Below are positions 11,700 to 35,094 of a stretch of DNA of 64,000 nucleotides, in pieces. The stretch spans positions 1-64,000 of the forward strand of contig JBFLGF010000102.1 of assembly GCA_050230475.1 (NCBI GenBank), in the 5' to 3' direction. The translations under genes were made by a program, and so were the position numbers. Numbering within the stretch: position 1 is the first letter of the stretch; every line of letters starts with the position of its first letter. The DNA comes from Ancylonema sp. Taxonomy: Eukaryota. The notes under the pieces are model-generated. The model was not told the origin of the DNA, ran no database searches, and saw nothing but the letters and a program-made list of their open reading frames with translations.

Positions 11700-13744
11700 A
11701 TGGCGTCTCCGACTGTTTTTAGCCCCGCCCTAGCCCTCATCCCTCACCTCCACAATGCGGAGGATCAGCTTCTCAACAAGCCATTCCTAGATACCTGCAA
11801 ACTCGTTCTTCCCCTCATAGGTCAGCCGGCTTTCCTGCGCAGTCATTGTGAGTCAATTGCATGTTGATTGTCTCTCTTCTTCCCGCAGATCGCTTTGGAG
11901 CTGGGATGTCGATCGTTAAGTCCGACATTGGAGGAAACATAACCGTAAGACTTCGTGGATGCAAGGCCAGGGAATGCTGAAGATAACAAATATTATATAT
12001 CAGACGATTGGCCCTGGCTGATAGTCAGGATAATGTTGAATATGTCATACCACGGTCAACTGTACATCCCCATAACATTATTTTCTGTTTTCCGACTCAT
12101 GGCTCGCTTAAAGGCTGATTTTGTATCCACACTGAGCTGGCAGCAAATACGATCCCTTCATGGTTACTGTCCAAATCTGCGACTCTGCATTCATGGAAAG
12201 GCAGACTTGGAAACCTGTAGCACTGCAGGAGACTGCAACAGCGACAGGGTAGAGCAGTGCCGCAACGCATGTAAACATAGCTTCTCCTCCTGGGGATACC
12301 AAGATTCTGGTGGTCTGTTACTTAGTGAACGGGCAATATGGCCGGGCTGGGCCAGGCCGGTGGACGCAGAGTGATGATTAGAGTCAATTGGCTCTTTGGG
12401 CATGGGCCAGAGACTGGAAATGGCCTATGAGGCAGACCAAGCTAAATATGCGCTCCTATTCGACTTGGTCAGAGAGGAAGTCGAAAAGGGGACCACGAAA
12501 TTGAATTCCAGCAACACAAATGGCCTGCTATGGCTCACCAGGTTGGCTGAACACAAAACAAAAACAGCAGAAAATCAGAAAGGTTGCAATATCATCGTAT
12601 TGATATGATACTCACACACATGAAATATTGGTGAGTGACCGAAAATAGTGTCCAACACTACACGGGTAAGTTGCATGATAAAGGCATGATCATGGATGAA
12701 GTTGACATGGAACCCGAGTCTGATTGCGGTGGAACAGGGGTAGGCCCTGTGGAGTATCGAATCTGAATGTAGTGGCTGTGAATATGTCATCTAGTTCGCG
12801 ATTGCGCACCTAGTGGTTCTTGGAATTGCAATATGATTGGTAAGAAGGTTGTGGATGGTTGCAGAGCAATGGACTTTCTGACGCAGCTGCTGGCCAACCT
12901 TCGGTTATACCCCGAATGGAGTATGTCTCAGTGTGCCCAGGCAGCCTATGCGGCCACCCTCAAGCCCTTCCATGGCTGGATTGCTGCAGCAGCCTTTTCG
13001 GTAAGACACACTCGCAGACACCTGATGGAGGAGGGGAGGTGGTGGTACCAACGTTCTTGTACTTGCTCGCAGATGGCGCTCAACCTTTGTCCGGACCGTA
13101 AATCTTTCATGGAAAAGTTGGGAGCAGGCGATGTGGAGGGCGACATGGACAGTTTTATTGCAAAATTTGGACCAATCTTGGCAGAGAACCATGCCTTCAT
13201 GGTGAGCGTGACTTGCTAGGTGTACCTACAAGATGACAAGTTGAAGTGGAACAATATGGTGGTGCGAGTTGTTGTGTTAAAGTAGTCAATGGGTAATTGC
13301 CACTCAATCGATGGATCTTTTAGTTTGCATGGACACAAACATTGGGTTCCATGCATCTTGACAAGTTTTTAGTGCGTGTGACTTGAACTTGGTCTAGCAA
13401 CGTCCACCCATGAGGGGAAAGAAATGCTTCTTCAATTCAAATGATGATTACACGATGCCTTTCTCTTTACTCTACGTGGATAAAGCTTCATTCCCACAAT
13501 TGTGTTGACCATGGGCAAGGACGCGGTGATGCCGAGACGGTTGTGCAAAGTGCAAATTTGTCGTGAAGAGATATGTTTCATCGGTAGATCATAGAATATC
13601 TACTAGACATGTTAGAATGCACACCTTGCCATACGTGCGCACAAGGTGATTTCACAAATCAAACTCCTTTACATTAATTTCTCTAATACGTTTGATTCCA
13701 TTTTGCAGAAAAGCGTGGGAGTGGATGACTTGCTAGCTACCTAA
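11700..13744 (+). CDS. GLTP: Glycolipid transfer protein, 6 exons
   Basis: Exons 11700-11820, 11889-11944, 12411-12541, 12865-13000, 13073-13201, 13709-13744(TAA). GLTP-fold motifs PFLDTC, VKSDIGGNITRL, NGLLWLTRAMDF, LKPFHGW. Confidence 0.92.
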
Positions 13745-15007
13745 ACAATATCGCGTAGTCTTGTCAAGCATGGAAAGTGTCAAACCGACACAATGAAGGG
13801 GGTTTTGGCGTGTCTACCAATTACACAAGCACCCCATCACCAAGAGCCACACTCCAATTCCTGGTGGGTATTAGCGACACTCAAAGAAGTGATTGCCTTT
13901 TTGTCCACTCCCTCCAACCTTGAAAAATTCAGCCATTGTAGGATCAAAAATGTTCTATTGTCAAAAGCCATATTGTTTATAAAGGAGCCAAACACGCTCA
14001 TGAGGGTTGTTGTACACTTTGTACTATGCATGTGTCACGTCCTTCCGTTATAGACATTTTTGTACACAAGCAAGCTCGCAAATATAGTATCCACAGTGGA
14101 GCTGTAATCATTGTGACCATTATGCGAAAACTTCATACCTGTGCTTTGCATTCAACGCTTCAGTGCACACATCGGGACATAGGTGTTGCTCACTAGTGAT
14201 ATTGGCAAAAGAATCTTGGAATCTAGCACAATCCTATCGTGATGCTCATGTTTTTGCCTCACTGTGATGATCAACGTTAATCTATTATAGTTGCACGCGT
14301 CGCGAAACCGTTTTCGAACCAGTTTTGAGATGGAATCGGTTTCCCCCAATTATAGCACCTATATTGTGAAAACCGTTAAGTTTGATGTTGTGTAAACATT
14401 TAAGATTTGTAATGTGATGTGTGGATTTTTACGTGAACCTGACTCGTAAGTTAAGAACCTTACTAATTTAGTGTGAAACACACAAAGACGGAATAAAACA
14501 AAAAGCAATCATGGAGAGTGGAGGTACTCTACAATCATCCGCTTCCGAAATTGTAATATTTCGAAGCCATCTCCAAAACAAAGGGGGATGAGTTCGTACA
14601 ACTATGTTTACTACCTACTGTATGGGTGACACCTAGACTAGCGTACATCTTTCCATTTGTGCAATCTTGTTGTGATGTGACTCAAGCGTACCTTAAGACA
14701 GTGTATCAGTGTAAGAATGTACGATGGAAGAGAGTGTGAAACATTTTCTTGCCTACATGGTTTCGACCGGTCACATGTGATCTACCACGTACTTCGCGTG
14801 TATTTGGATCAACCATCACGTTGTCACTTCATCACGATCAGCTTGCACTAATCACGAACCATTTTGCATGACGGATGCCAAGGCTTGTATGTCGTGTTGT
14901 GTGAGATTGTTCGAGTCAAACCCCTCCCTTATGATCACGCATGCCCGTTACATACGACATGATTCGCAAATCACGGAGGTCCAAGATTCAAAGCACAAAG
15001 AAAGAGC

Positions 15008-15350
15008 TTGGAGCCCTCAACTGAGCCCGGAGTCCAAATGAGCCCAAATGAAAACCTGGTCTTTTCTCCCCGATTTTAGGGTTCCAATTCGGCATGAGTC
15101 CAAATGAGCTCAGCGTTTTCTGGGCTCCAGGAGCCCACAATTGACCCCGGAATTCACATAAGCCCAAATGAAAGCCTTGATTTTCGCCAATTTCTGGCAT
15201 AAGCCCATATAGTCCACAAGAGTCCAGAGGAGCCCAAATGAACTTTACGTTTCTGGGCTCTGGGCTCCGGGCTTTGAGCTCCGATCCGTGAGCTCCGGGC
15301 TCAATAAGCACAAATTTCCTGGGCTCCGAGCTTGTTGAGCTGCGGGCTCC
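15008..15350. repeat. GAGCCC/GGGCTC-motif cluster
   Basis: Repeated GAGCCC/AGCCCAAATG and GGGCTC motifs; same motif family as 3256-3420. Confidence 0.55.
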
Positions 15351-15485
15351 CTGCATCTTATGCGAAACAAGCGTTGCCCGCAGGCGGGAGGTACCCGCGG
15401 GCACCGCTTGTTTCGCGGGACATTATTGCTGTCCCGCGGGCGGGGACAGCAATAATGGACTTACCCGTTCGAAGCTGATCACTTC

Positions 15486-26014
<10,529 letters not shown>

Positions 26015-27882
26015 GCAAGGTACCATGCGTAGGTTGTTGTAGCACTTTAGCACTTTAGCAACAAGGGAATGGAAGCACAAGATGCGCCGGATCGTAGTCA
26101 GGAAGAGTGGTTGGTCTTGGTGGTGTCTGGGTCATCATTAGGAGAGGGGTTATCATTTTACCGCAATATTTTGTAAGAACACGGTAGGCACTAGCACAAG
26201 CACGCCTTTGCAGCGCCAAGCTGACCTGCAAATTACGCGGTGTGGGCGAGGGGAGGGAGAAAAGTTGGGCGTTGCCTCAATGCACGTCACTCCAAGGAGG
26301 TGTACAAAGGTTAGTATAGCAAGGTTTCCGAGGTATCAGTTTTCTCATTTATGCGTACTTGTAGCGAAGACTACATGAAGATTCTTGGGGATGCGTCCAC
26401 AACAAGAGTCGTGTACATAGTTTGGCCAAGGTCACCTTTGGTACAACAATTTTGACTCGGTTTTTATCTTGGTTGTCGTCCTCGTGAGGCTCTTGACGCT
26501 ATTGACTCTTGGATCGATTTTCGTGGTGATTGTGTGAGGCTCTTGACAAGTCCAACAAGTCCTATCCACTTATCTGATATATCGAGAACCCACTTATTAA
26601 TCTTGGAGGCTTAAATAACACTGGTGGAGGCAAAGGCGGCTCAAGATATAATTTCTACCTTCCTTGCCTCCGAAAACGTGACCCAAAACAGCTCCGAGGA
26701 AGGAAAACGAGCTCAATACTAGAGAAAAGCCTAAAAATAAAAAAATGCTCGATACTAGTGGCCCAAGTTCTCCTACTCATTCGATAGTTGCATGAAATCC
26801 GAACTGTTTCCGGACCGGATCATGGAGAGAACCGGTTCCCCTCAATGTGGCTGATAGTTTGGAACAAAATGAATTATGATATCTCCACCAAAAGGCTGTA
26901 TTTAGATGTTACAAACCCCAAAATAAAAAACGACACATAGTTTTTTCCGGCGTAGCTTCACATGAGTAGTTTTTGGCTGCGTAGCTTTTGAAATGAGCAA
27001 TTCGACAAAACCATCACCAAGTTGAATTCCTTGAGAAAAAAACTCGCAAAATCATGAAACTTCTTGCGTGATGGTAAATTACCCTCTTTTGTTGACAACT
27101 TAACAACGCAACGTTCTATGTCATATACAAGATGTAAATTGAATAAAATATTGTCTTTGTTTCGACTTTGACAACGTTTTCATTCAAAATTGTTGGACTC
27201 GTATCCTTATGACAAATTACATATTCTAGTTGCTTACATATGATAATGCTCCCATTTTTTTGCGATGATACATTTCCATCTACATATCTCGTCAAGCCAC
27301 TTGCAATCATGATGGCACTCACTTGTGTTCCTCCTTGTAGTTCTTATCATTCATAGGCCTTCAGTCCTTCATTAATATTACCCAAACAATTCGATACAAG
27401 TTATTCTTCTTCTTATATTCTACTGATGCTTCTACTCCTATGCTTTGGCAAATGAAATGCACCACGTCTTGGAAAAGCGCGATCAAGCGGATTGAAACAC
27501 AGAAAGTCCATGCCATAATACAACATGAACCTTATTCGATAATACTCGCAATGGCAGTGACCGTATGAGACGGGCAGCCGCAAAGATCTATCCGTACGGT
27601 CCCCCCGTAATTTTTGTGGAGTGAAAACAGGTTTTTTTCGCGGAAATTGGGAAAATCCTCAAAATCACCCGGTTCGCCCGGTTCCGAACCAATCCTAACT
27701 TGGAACCGGTTACAAAAAGAAATTACGGCCGGTTCGAGTTAATTGAGTTCAATTTCCGTAGTTCTTTTATCGTCGATGAGAAACTTGTAGCAGTCTTCTC
27801 ATGCCTATATGAATCGTTAGCTAGAAACCCCTCTGTTTTGATCAGAATATTGAAATAGCCGCACCGCTATGTTTTTCCGCCT

Positions 27883-28870
27883 TGTCACGACTCCGCCCCC
27901 GCTCATTTCATTCCGAGCTTCGTCGGTGACCGGCGCCCTAGTTTCGAGTAGTCAACCTTTGACTAGCTCCCCTTTGTATTTGAATTGATTAGACTACGTG
28001 CCAGACTTGTCATCTATAGTCAATATCAATCGTGACCGTAGCTCTTTAGATCAATAGCTCTGAATCAATTAGAGATGTCTGCAACTAATTATAGCGTGCG
28101 TGCCGAGTTGATTGAAATATTCCTTGCCACGCGTATCCCAGCGAGCGCGCGAGAAGAATATTTAAGTGTGACGATAAAGACTCCTGTATTACTTTCAAAT
28201 CTCAGCTTTCGCTGAATTTAACGCTGAAGAGATTTTCCTTGCACACCATTGTTTTCCTCGACACTCTGCATTCTTTGCCTTGCGCAATCTGTTATCTTTT
28301 GCTTTCGCAACATCGTGTGTATCGAGCGTTCGCTCATTTGTGATTACTTTGCATCAAGCTGTCGCTGTCGCTTTGCAATTTGTGAATTTAAGTTATCGAT
28401 TGTCTGACCTGCTGCGCAGTCTGAAATCACATGTTTCCGTTTAAATTACAGAGCGTTCGCTCATCCGTGCAATCCATTCGCACATCTCTTTTGCTGCTAT
28501 TGACAAGCTTTGCAAAACTGTATCATAATCGATTGCTTGCTGATCAAGAATCGACGCATCTGTTGCTGTAATCATATGTCGCTCTCGTTACTATTAAGCC
28601 GTCAAGTAAGAGCAGCGTGTGATAGCTTGCTAGCAGTGAGTAGTACAGCGAATAAATCTCGAAAACTGCCTCGTTTTGTGATTGTTTACAATCATTGCCG
28701 CGATTCAAGCGAGTACCGTACTCTCGGTTACGATATTTCAGCCTCCTATCTGCACTTCCACTACATCGACAAGACCCCTTTCTGTCGATACTTTGAGTGC
28801 GGTTTCCTCTTCATCGACTGATTCTATCATCGATGACCCATTTACCCTACCGATCTCATCTGGCACGTCA
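27883..28870. mobile_element. Solo LTR
   Basis: Starts TGTCACGAC, ends ATCTGGCACGTCA; flanks GCCT/GTCT (4-bp TSD, one mismatch). Same 13-bp terminus and an internal GTGCG.GCCGAGTT motif as 54660-56066. Confidence 0.7.
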
Positions 28871-29711
28871 GTCTTGTCTTGACTTATTCTCATTGATTTC
28901 GAAATAATGCTCCAAATATTGTTCCGAAATCCGGATGAAGATTGAGGGTGCTCATCTGCTATCACTAAGGTTTGTGAAGATCAAACCTCTAAAGACAATA
29001 AAGAGCTACCACACGCAATCGGCGGTCTGTTGTGAATATCTCTACTTATTGCCGAAGCCGAGCGAACAAATGTGGTTTGTTGAGGAAGTCTCGTGAGGAA
29101 TAAAAATTACAAAAAAAAAAAAAAACTCCCGAGACAAGTGCTATGGTCAACAATTAAGAATAGTGTCGCGGTAATTTGTGGATGTTCAAGCAACGGCGGA
29201 AGTAAAATTTGTAGGGGATCAACATATCGCACGAAGTAGACTACACAAGTGAAACGAGTGCGTAACAATATTTGGGAAAATAAGTATGCACCAATGGCCA
29301 TTAAATAAATGCACTTCAGCGGCAATCGCAGTTAATTGAGAACGAAAAATTGCCAATACATCGACAATTTGAGTACGCCGGTACGAAAAGAAAAAAAACA
29401 CAATTCCCAAAGTCAGAACGAATGTAAAAGTGATGACGTCTTACAATACGTTCAACGGCAACAGACACGATACTTGTAAGTGACAACTGTGAGTACTTTC
29501 AGAAGTAGCAAGCTTTCGTCGGGCGACAACACACAAAATCGATTACACCGTACATCGATATTTGGATGAAAGAATGAAAGTTTGAGAAATCTTGACGGCG
29601 CAACCTGTTTGTGCGGGACGCGTTTCAAGAGTCTTATACGGTTTTGGTGGGCGGTGCTAAGCGACAAGTTTGAAGTACTTATCGATTGTGTGCCAAAAGT
29701 TGACGAGTTAG

Positions 29712-29915
29712 TGTGAGTGCTATATGTTGTCACCCCAAATCTCAAAATCTTACACCACTTATGCTACGATGAAACGTCACGTAGAACAAAATAAACCAAA
29801 ACAACAAGACTTATTGTGAGTGCTAAATGTTGTCACCCCAACTCTCAAACTCTTACAGCACTTACGCTACGATGAAACATCACGTAGAAAAAAACAAACC
29901 AAAACAACAAGACTC
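29712..29915 (+). repeat. Tandem duplication, 103-bp period, 2 copies
   Basis: TGTGAGTGCTA.ATGTTGTCACCCCAA...AAACCAAAACAACAAGACT starting at 29712 and 29815. Confidence 0.9.
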
Positions 29916-32742
29916 AGTGTCGGGAACACGAAAAACAACGATATCAATTTTGATGAACGAACAATAGGCGTACAGAATATCGACACGCCGATATTTTGAA
30001 AGTTCTTTGAATTCGACATTGTGCCCACACGTTGGTACAAAGCAACACAACTTAAGCAAGTATTCAACTGTTTCAACTCAACATTCACCGAGAAGCACAA
30101 AAAACTCAAGCTCTGCTACAATCAACTTACAATTTACACATCACGTGCACCTCATCCACTAGCCAAATAGCAAATACAATCAATAATCGAAACCCCCTCG
30201 ATTTGTTGCCGCACAGGGTAGTGTGGCACCTACACGGTTCGACCAACACTCTATTTTTATCATCTAAAGAGTTTGGACCCTTGATATGGTTTACAATTAA
30301 CTAGCGCACACACGATCACGCTTTACAAACTAGAAATGACTCTGCGCACACCGGGAACGTCTCACAATGACAAAGCGCACAAATGACTACACGTCGATTT
30401 GTAAAGTGAAAATGTTTGATGTCGGGTTGAACATACCCAACGATCGTACAAAGGATATAACTTTGACACGGGACATTTCTAGGGCCGTCATCTTTGCGGA
30501 CCGTCGTGCAATCATACCACTCCACTACAAAGTTCGTCGACTATGCCGGACGGAACAACCATGCTATTTTCCAACCAATCGTAGCAAAGCATCACGATAC
30601 TACGTGACATAATGCACCTTACCCCAACGTCTAGATTACGTTCAACATTCGCCGTGTGTTGTCGGATATGTGCCTATATAAAGCGGCTTAATGCCCGGGT
30701 AGTGTTGTTCCCAGCCTTGCACACTATACTCTTTATTGATGCAATGCATGCACGATAAAGGATACCGTACAAACACACAAGGCATGGTGCCTATCCAAGC
30801 TGTATTTGAACACACCTCGGGATACTTTGATCGTTGTGCAGAGGTCACGGCATTGAGGAGGGAGATGTTGCGGAAAACTCAACCCCCTGAAATCGACCTT
30901 GTTGAGGGCACTGCCGTAGCATCCAAGGGCAAACGTCTAAACCTGCTAGAAGAAGGGGAGAAGTTTTTGCACGAGAACATGTATGAAGGCTCTCATAGCG
31001 ATCACGTTGCGACAATCGCATCTGTGGTGTAACATGCCAAGGTGAATTTGGATGCCATGATCGGTGTGAGTGGTTTGATTATTGATTATTTCTCAAACAA
31101 TGTGTTGTGTAGGACGAGAACCCCTTTTGGATGGATTTTTGGTTGGTTTGCCATGCGGAATTCATTGAAGGGCCATGCTCAAAATCAAAAAAGTTTTTTT
31201 TTTTGTAAACCTCAGGAGGGGTGCCAACGCCGGAGCTTGGAGAAATGGGCTCGAAAGTGGAGGTCAACCAAGATACCGGCTAGCCAAAGCTCATCAAAAT
31301 TGCACCAAGTACGACCATATTGTACTCAATAAAGGTCGTCAACACCACAAGTCTCATGAGCGAGAATCATAGGCGTGCGGACCTTTGGTACCGGGTCCTT
31401 CGGTCCGCATCTCGCACCGGTGTCCGTCTTTTGAGGCCCAGAATTACGGACTGGCGATGGAGGTTGATTCGATCTGTAAAAGTTTTGAATATTACCCCCC
31501 CCGGAGAAAAATGTTTGGGATTTTCTTTATTGTGTTAGTTTTCAATTTGCATTTCATAAAATTGTCAACAAGTAAGCCAAGCCAATAACGGATGAAAACC
31601 TGAAAACTTTCGGGAGATATCGATGTTTGTGAAATGATGACCATGTGGAACTTCCTCCTCCTCATTTCACACTTTGGTGCATTTGCAAACTTGTTGTGAT
31701 TTCGATTGTTTTCATGTACTCATATACCTATATTAATCATTGTCCACATGTTGTCAAGGGAGATTGCAGTATGTAATATCCTTCATTCATTTATTTCAAA
31801 AATAGAGTGAGAAGAATGATTATCCTCATACCATATCTATGTCTCTCCCCGTATTATCTACCGTATCTACCCTATCTTCCACCCAATCTATGTCTCCATA
31901 TACTCGTCTACTCATGTCATCGCCTCACCTAGTCATACATCCGTGTACTAATCCATTTTTTCGCTATAAATTCAATGCAAGCCAGGTCTTCTTCTAGTTA
32001 CACAAACGTTGTCGATGAAGTACATGAGATAGAAAAGATAAGACCTTCAACAAATTGCAACACCAACACTAACACCAACTCCATGACCGACTATTGTCCA
32101 AAAATAGAGTATCATACAACCAATGGGGATAAGTTAGGTTTCTTTACAAGATTGCCAGTAGTGGCAACAACTAACGGTGTTTGATGAAACCAACGGTTGC
32201 AAAAGACTCTTCACTATAGTTTTTATTCACATTTTTTTCCTGGCGTGGTGGCTAAGCAAAACATGCTACAGAAAAAAAAAAAAAAAAAAAAAAAGTGGAA
32301 ACAAAATAATATTTTTGTGCCCCCCAAAAAATGCCCTGCATAAAGCTCCAAGAACCGAGCGGTCTGCCGCAGTCTGCATCTCGGACTGAGGCGGACCTTG
32401 GTTCCTGAATAGGACCAAGACCTGGTTTTGCCGCCTTGGTAAGCTATGGAGGCAATACAAATATTCAAAATGGAGCTTAATGTAACGATTATGATGTACT
32501 TTGGGGACACCTCAGTCGGAGACAAAAAATGGTCCTCCTTGCTAAGCCAATCAAGTCGTTGGTGAACATACAATTCGTTGTGGAGGGCATGTGCTTTGTG
32601 GACCTATTCAGCAGGTCTCCCAGCGTGGAATGTACGCTGGGAGACGCTGGGAGACGCTGGGAGACGCTGGGTATTTTTGTGCGAAAGTTATGAGCCAGGG
32701 GTGAAAAGCCAAGCCTTACAAATGTCACAGAAATATACTCAC

Positions 32743-34464
32743 TTGGCGATGCCTTCCCCAACCTCCAACCGAAGCATATCGATCACTCTAATCTTGCCTC
32801 CAATTTTCTTGCTACATGCTTCCACCACAGCCTGCAAAACAAGTGATGACGATGATGAGAGGTCTGTCTCTTTGCACAACTCGTGGGAAAGGTGATTTCA
32901 AAGCGTGACACAAATACCACGTCTCTCTCAGCGATTACAGGTAGACGGAGCAGGCCCTGAATACGATTCCAAAGGCACCATTCACCTGAACTTTTTTCGT
33001 TTCGTCCATGATAAACTTTTGGTCCAGCAATACCACATCCTCGTAATATTTCCTTAGGCGGCCCTCTACCATTTTCTGAATGGTGGCTGGGGGCTTGCCA
33101 GATCCTGCTGCCTGTCACAAAGGCAAAAAAAGACGGTGGAATCAAAATTTGTCCCACAGCAGAGCGGTACATGGACGTAAGTGGCTGTCAAACAAACGAG
33201 GTCACCTGCGACCGTAGAATCTCTTGCTCACGGGCCAATGCCTCTGGGGGCACCGCAGTGCGTGTGATATAGAGAGGGCGGGTCGCCACTGCTTGCATCG
33301 CCAGCTGCAACCCCAGATCTCGCACAGCCGAGATTTGGTCACAGCCCTCGTTCTCCACGGACACGCTCACCAAGCCAGCAATACGAGCTAGGCCTGCAGC
33401 CAAACACGAACATGTTCATAAAGCCGCTCCACTGTGGCTTCCAAGGAATGTCTTCTGTACCCCCCACCTGGCTCTGGACTGGTGTGCAGGTACGGAGCTA
33501 CAACAACCCGTGGGCCCCCCATCCTGAAGGCTCTTCTGAGCTGCACATTTTCGCCCGTAAGCAAGCACGCCTCTGCAAGAGCTTCTGTCACAGAACTCTG
33601 TCCACTCATCTTGGGGTGGTCCACCACCACCTGCAGGCCCTGCAGAGCTGACAGCGACATCGGAGAGAGGGACCCAGATATCTCCTCGCTGCCCACCCGT
33701 ACGGCTGCCTGGGCGACTCTGCCCACCTGCACAGCTTGCCCCCCCAGCCAGATCCGCTGTGAGGCAGACGCACCAGCCGCTCTGCCGAAGAGGAGGGAGT
33801 GGTCACCAGGTGGCGGAAGATGTCGTTGCGAGCCACATAGTCAGTTTCGCAGTTCACTTCCACCACTGCCGCATGCCCCTCGTGCTCTGCCAGCCCTAGG
33901 AGTCCCTCGCTTGCCACCCGAGACTGCTTCTTGCTCGCAGCGGCGAGACCTCTTTTGCGCAGCTCCGTAAAAGCAGCCTCTGCAACCGAATTTTATGATG
34001 TCAGCAGTATGTATGTGATGTTTCTCAACGAAATGGGACGCATTGAGATAAGGGCCCAGGTCCACCAAACGTTTCAGTGAGTTTTCGGGTGATAAGTGAT
34101 AAACCACGATTAGCCCGGGTGCAGCTCTCCGATCTCAAACCTTTAATGATTGCTACGAGGTGGCTACGCAATCTTCGCATCCCTTTTACACTGGTGCAGA
34201 TGGACCGTGTATATGCGTAGTAGCTCAATTTTGATTATCGATGCCGTCACTTGGCAGTATGCTCGTCTCACCCAAGTCCCACCCACTGACTGCAAGAGCT
34301 CCTTTCACGTCTTTCATAGGAGCCCCTGTGCGCTCTCGCAGCTGTTTGACGGCTGCAAGCTCGGCAACTCCCATGCTGCTGTAGAGAGCCTTCTTTAAAC
34401 GTGAGGAGATCTCTGAGGGGATGTATAGCAATGAACGCCCAGTCATGGATCGTGACAGTACCAT
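32743..34464 (-). CDS. TSFM: Elongation factor Ts, mitochondrial
   Basis: Minus-strand exons 34464-34272, 33979-33807, 33726-33468, 33393-33206, 33111-32986, 32831-32743; last exon lies further left and is unresolved; start ATG uncertain. Motifs [50 protein letters not shown]...[20 protein letters not shown]; presequence-like N terminus. Confidence 0.9.
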
Positions 34465-34908
34465 GATCTCGAACCACGATAAAAGTGAAAATTATTAGTG
34501 AAAATTATGTAGCGGCTGCTTGCATGTAGCAGAGGTGAAACTAGAATGTACGTCCAAGCCCTAGACGCATTATATGCACAAAGTAGCTTTCCGGAGATCC
34601 CAGTTCTGCAAACTCGGACAACGTCAGGCTGCCTCAGCTGTCGGCTCCCAGCAATAAAGTGGAGATCAACACGGAGGAGGCGTAGTGCCAATTACCTGAG
34701 CATATGTACTCGATATACCGTGAGCACGGGAGAAAAGGCCTCGTTGACTTGGGAGAATTGACCTTACCGAGGCCGTTATATCGACAGAAGATTGTACTTG
34801 CTGTCGGTGCCGACATAATGCGGGATCCGACTCCGAAACTCCAAAACGTAACCTTCACGAAACGGCGTTGACTGCTGTCAGCACAACGACGGGTTCAGAG
34901 ATTTATGC

Positions 34909-34916
34909 GCGGGAAA
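34909..34916 (-). promoter_or_regulatory. Candidate E2F site in the divergent EF-Ts/IMPDH spacer
   Basis: GCGGGAAA = TTTCCCGC on the minus strand. Confidence 0.35.
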
Positions 34917-35094
34917 GGGCTGGAAACTGGAAATCACAGGAAAAACGGATAGAGAGATAGCGGCCCTCCACACTTAGGGGTATTCAGGTTGTCAAACTGT
35001 TTGACGTTGGGATCGCTAGAGTGCCATCCTGTTTTTTCATCACGTACTTTATCTTCAGAGAACTCCGTAGGATATTCTGCAGTTTTGTCGGACG

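Noticed and set aside
29712..29915. Possible repeat-spacer array
   Set aside because: Only two adjacent copies, no unique spacers.
30316..31332. Short ORFs that might be a decayed transposon gene
   Set aside because: No motif I could assign; needs an HMM search.
32632..32672. (ACGCTGGGAG)n short tandem repeat
   Set aside because: Simple slippage repeat near the EF-Ts 3' end; no sign of function.
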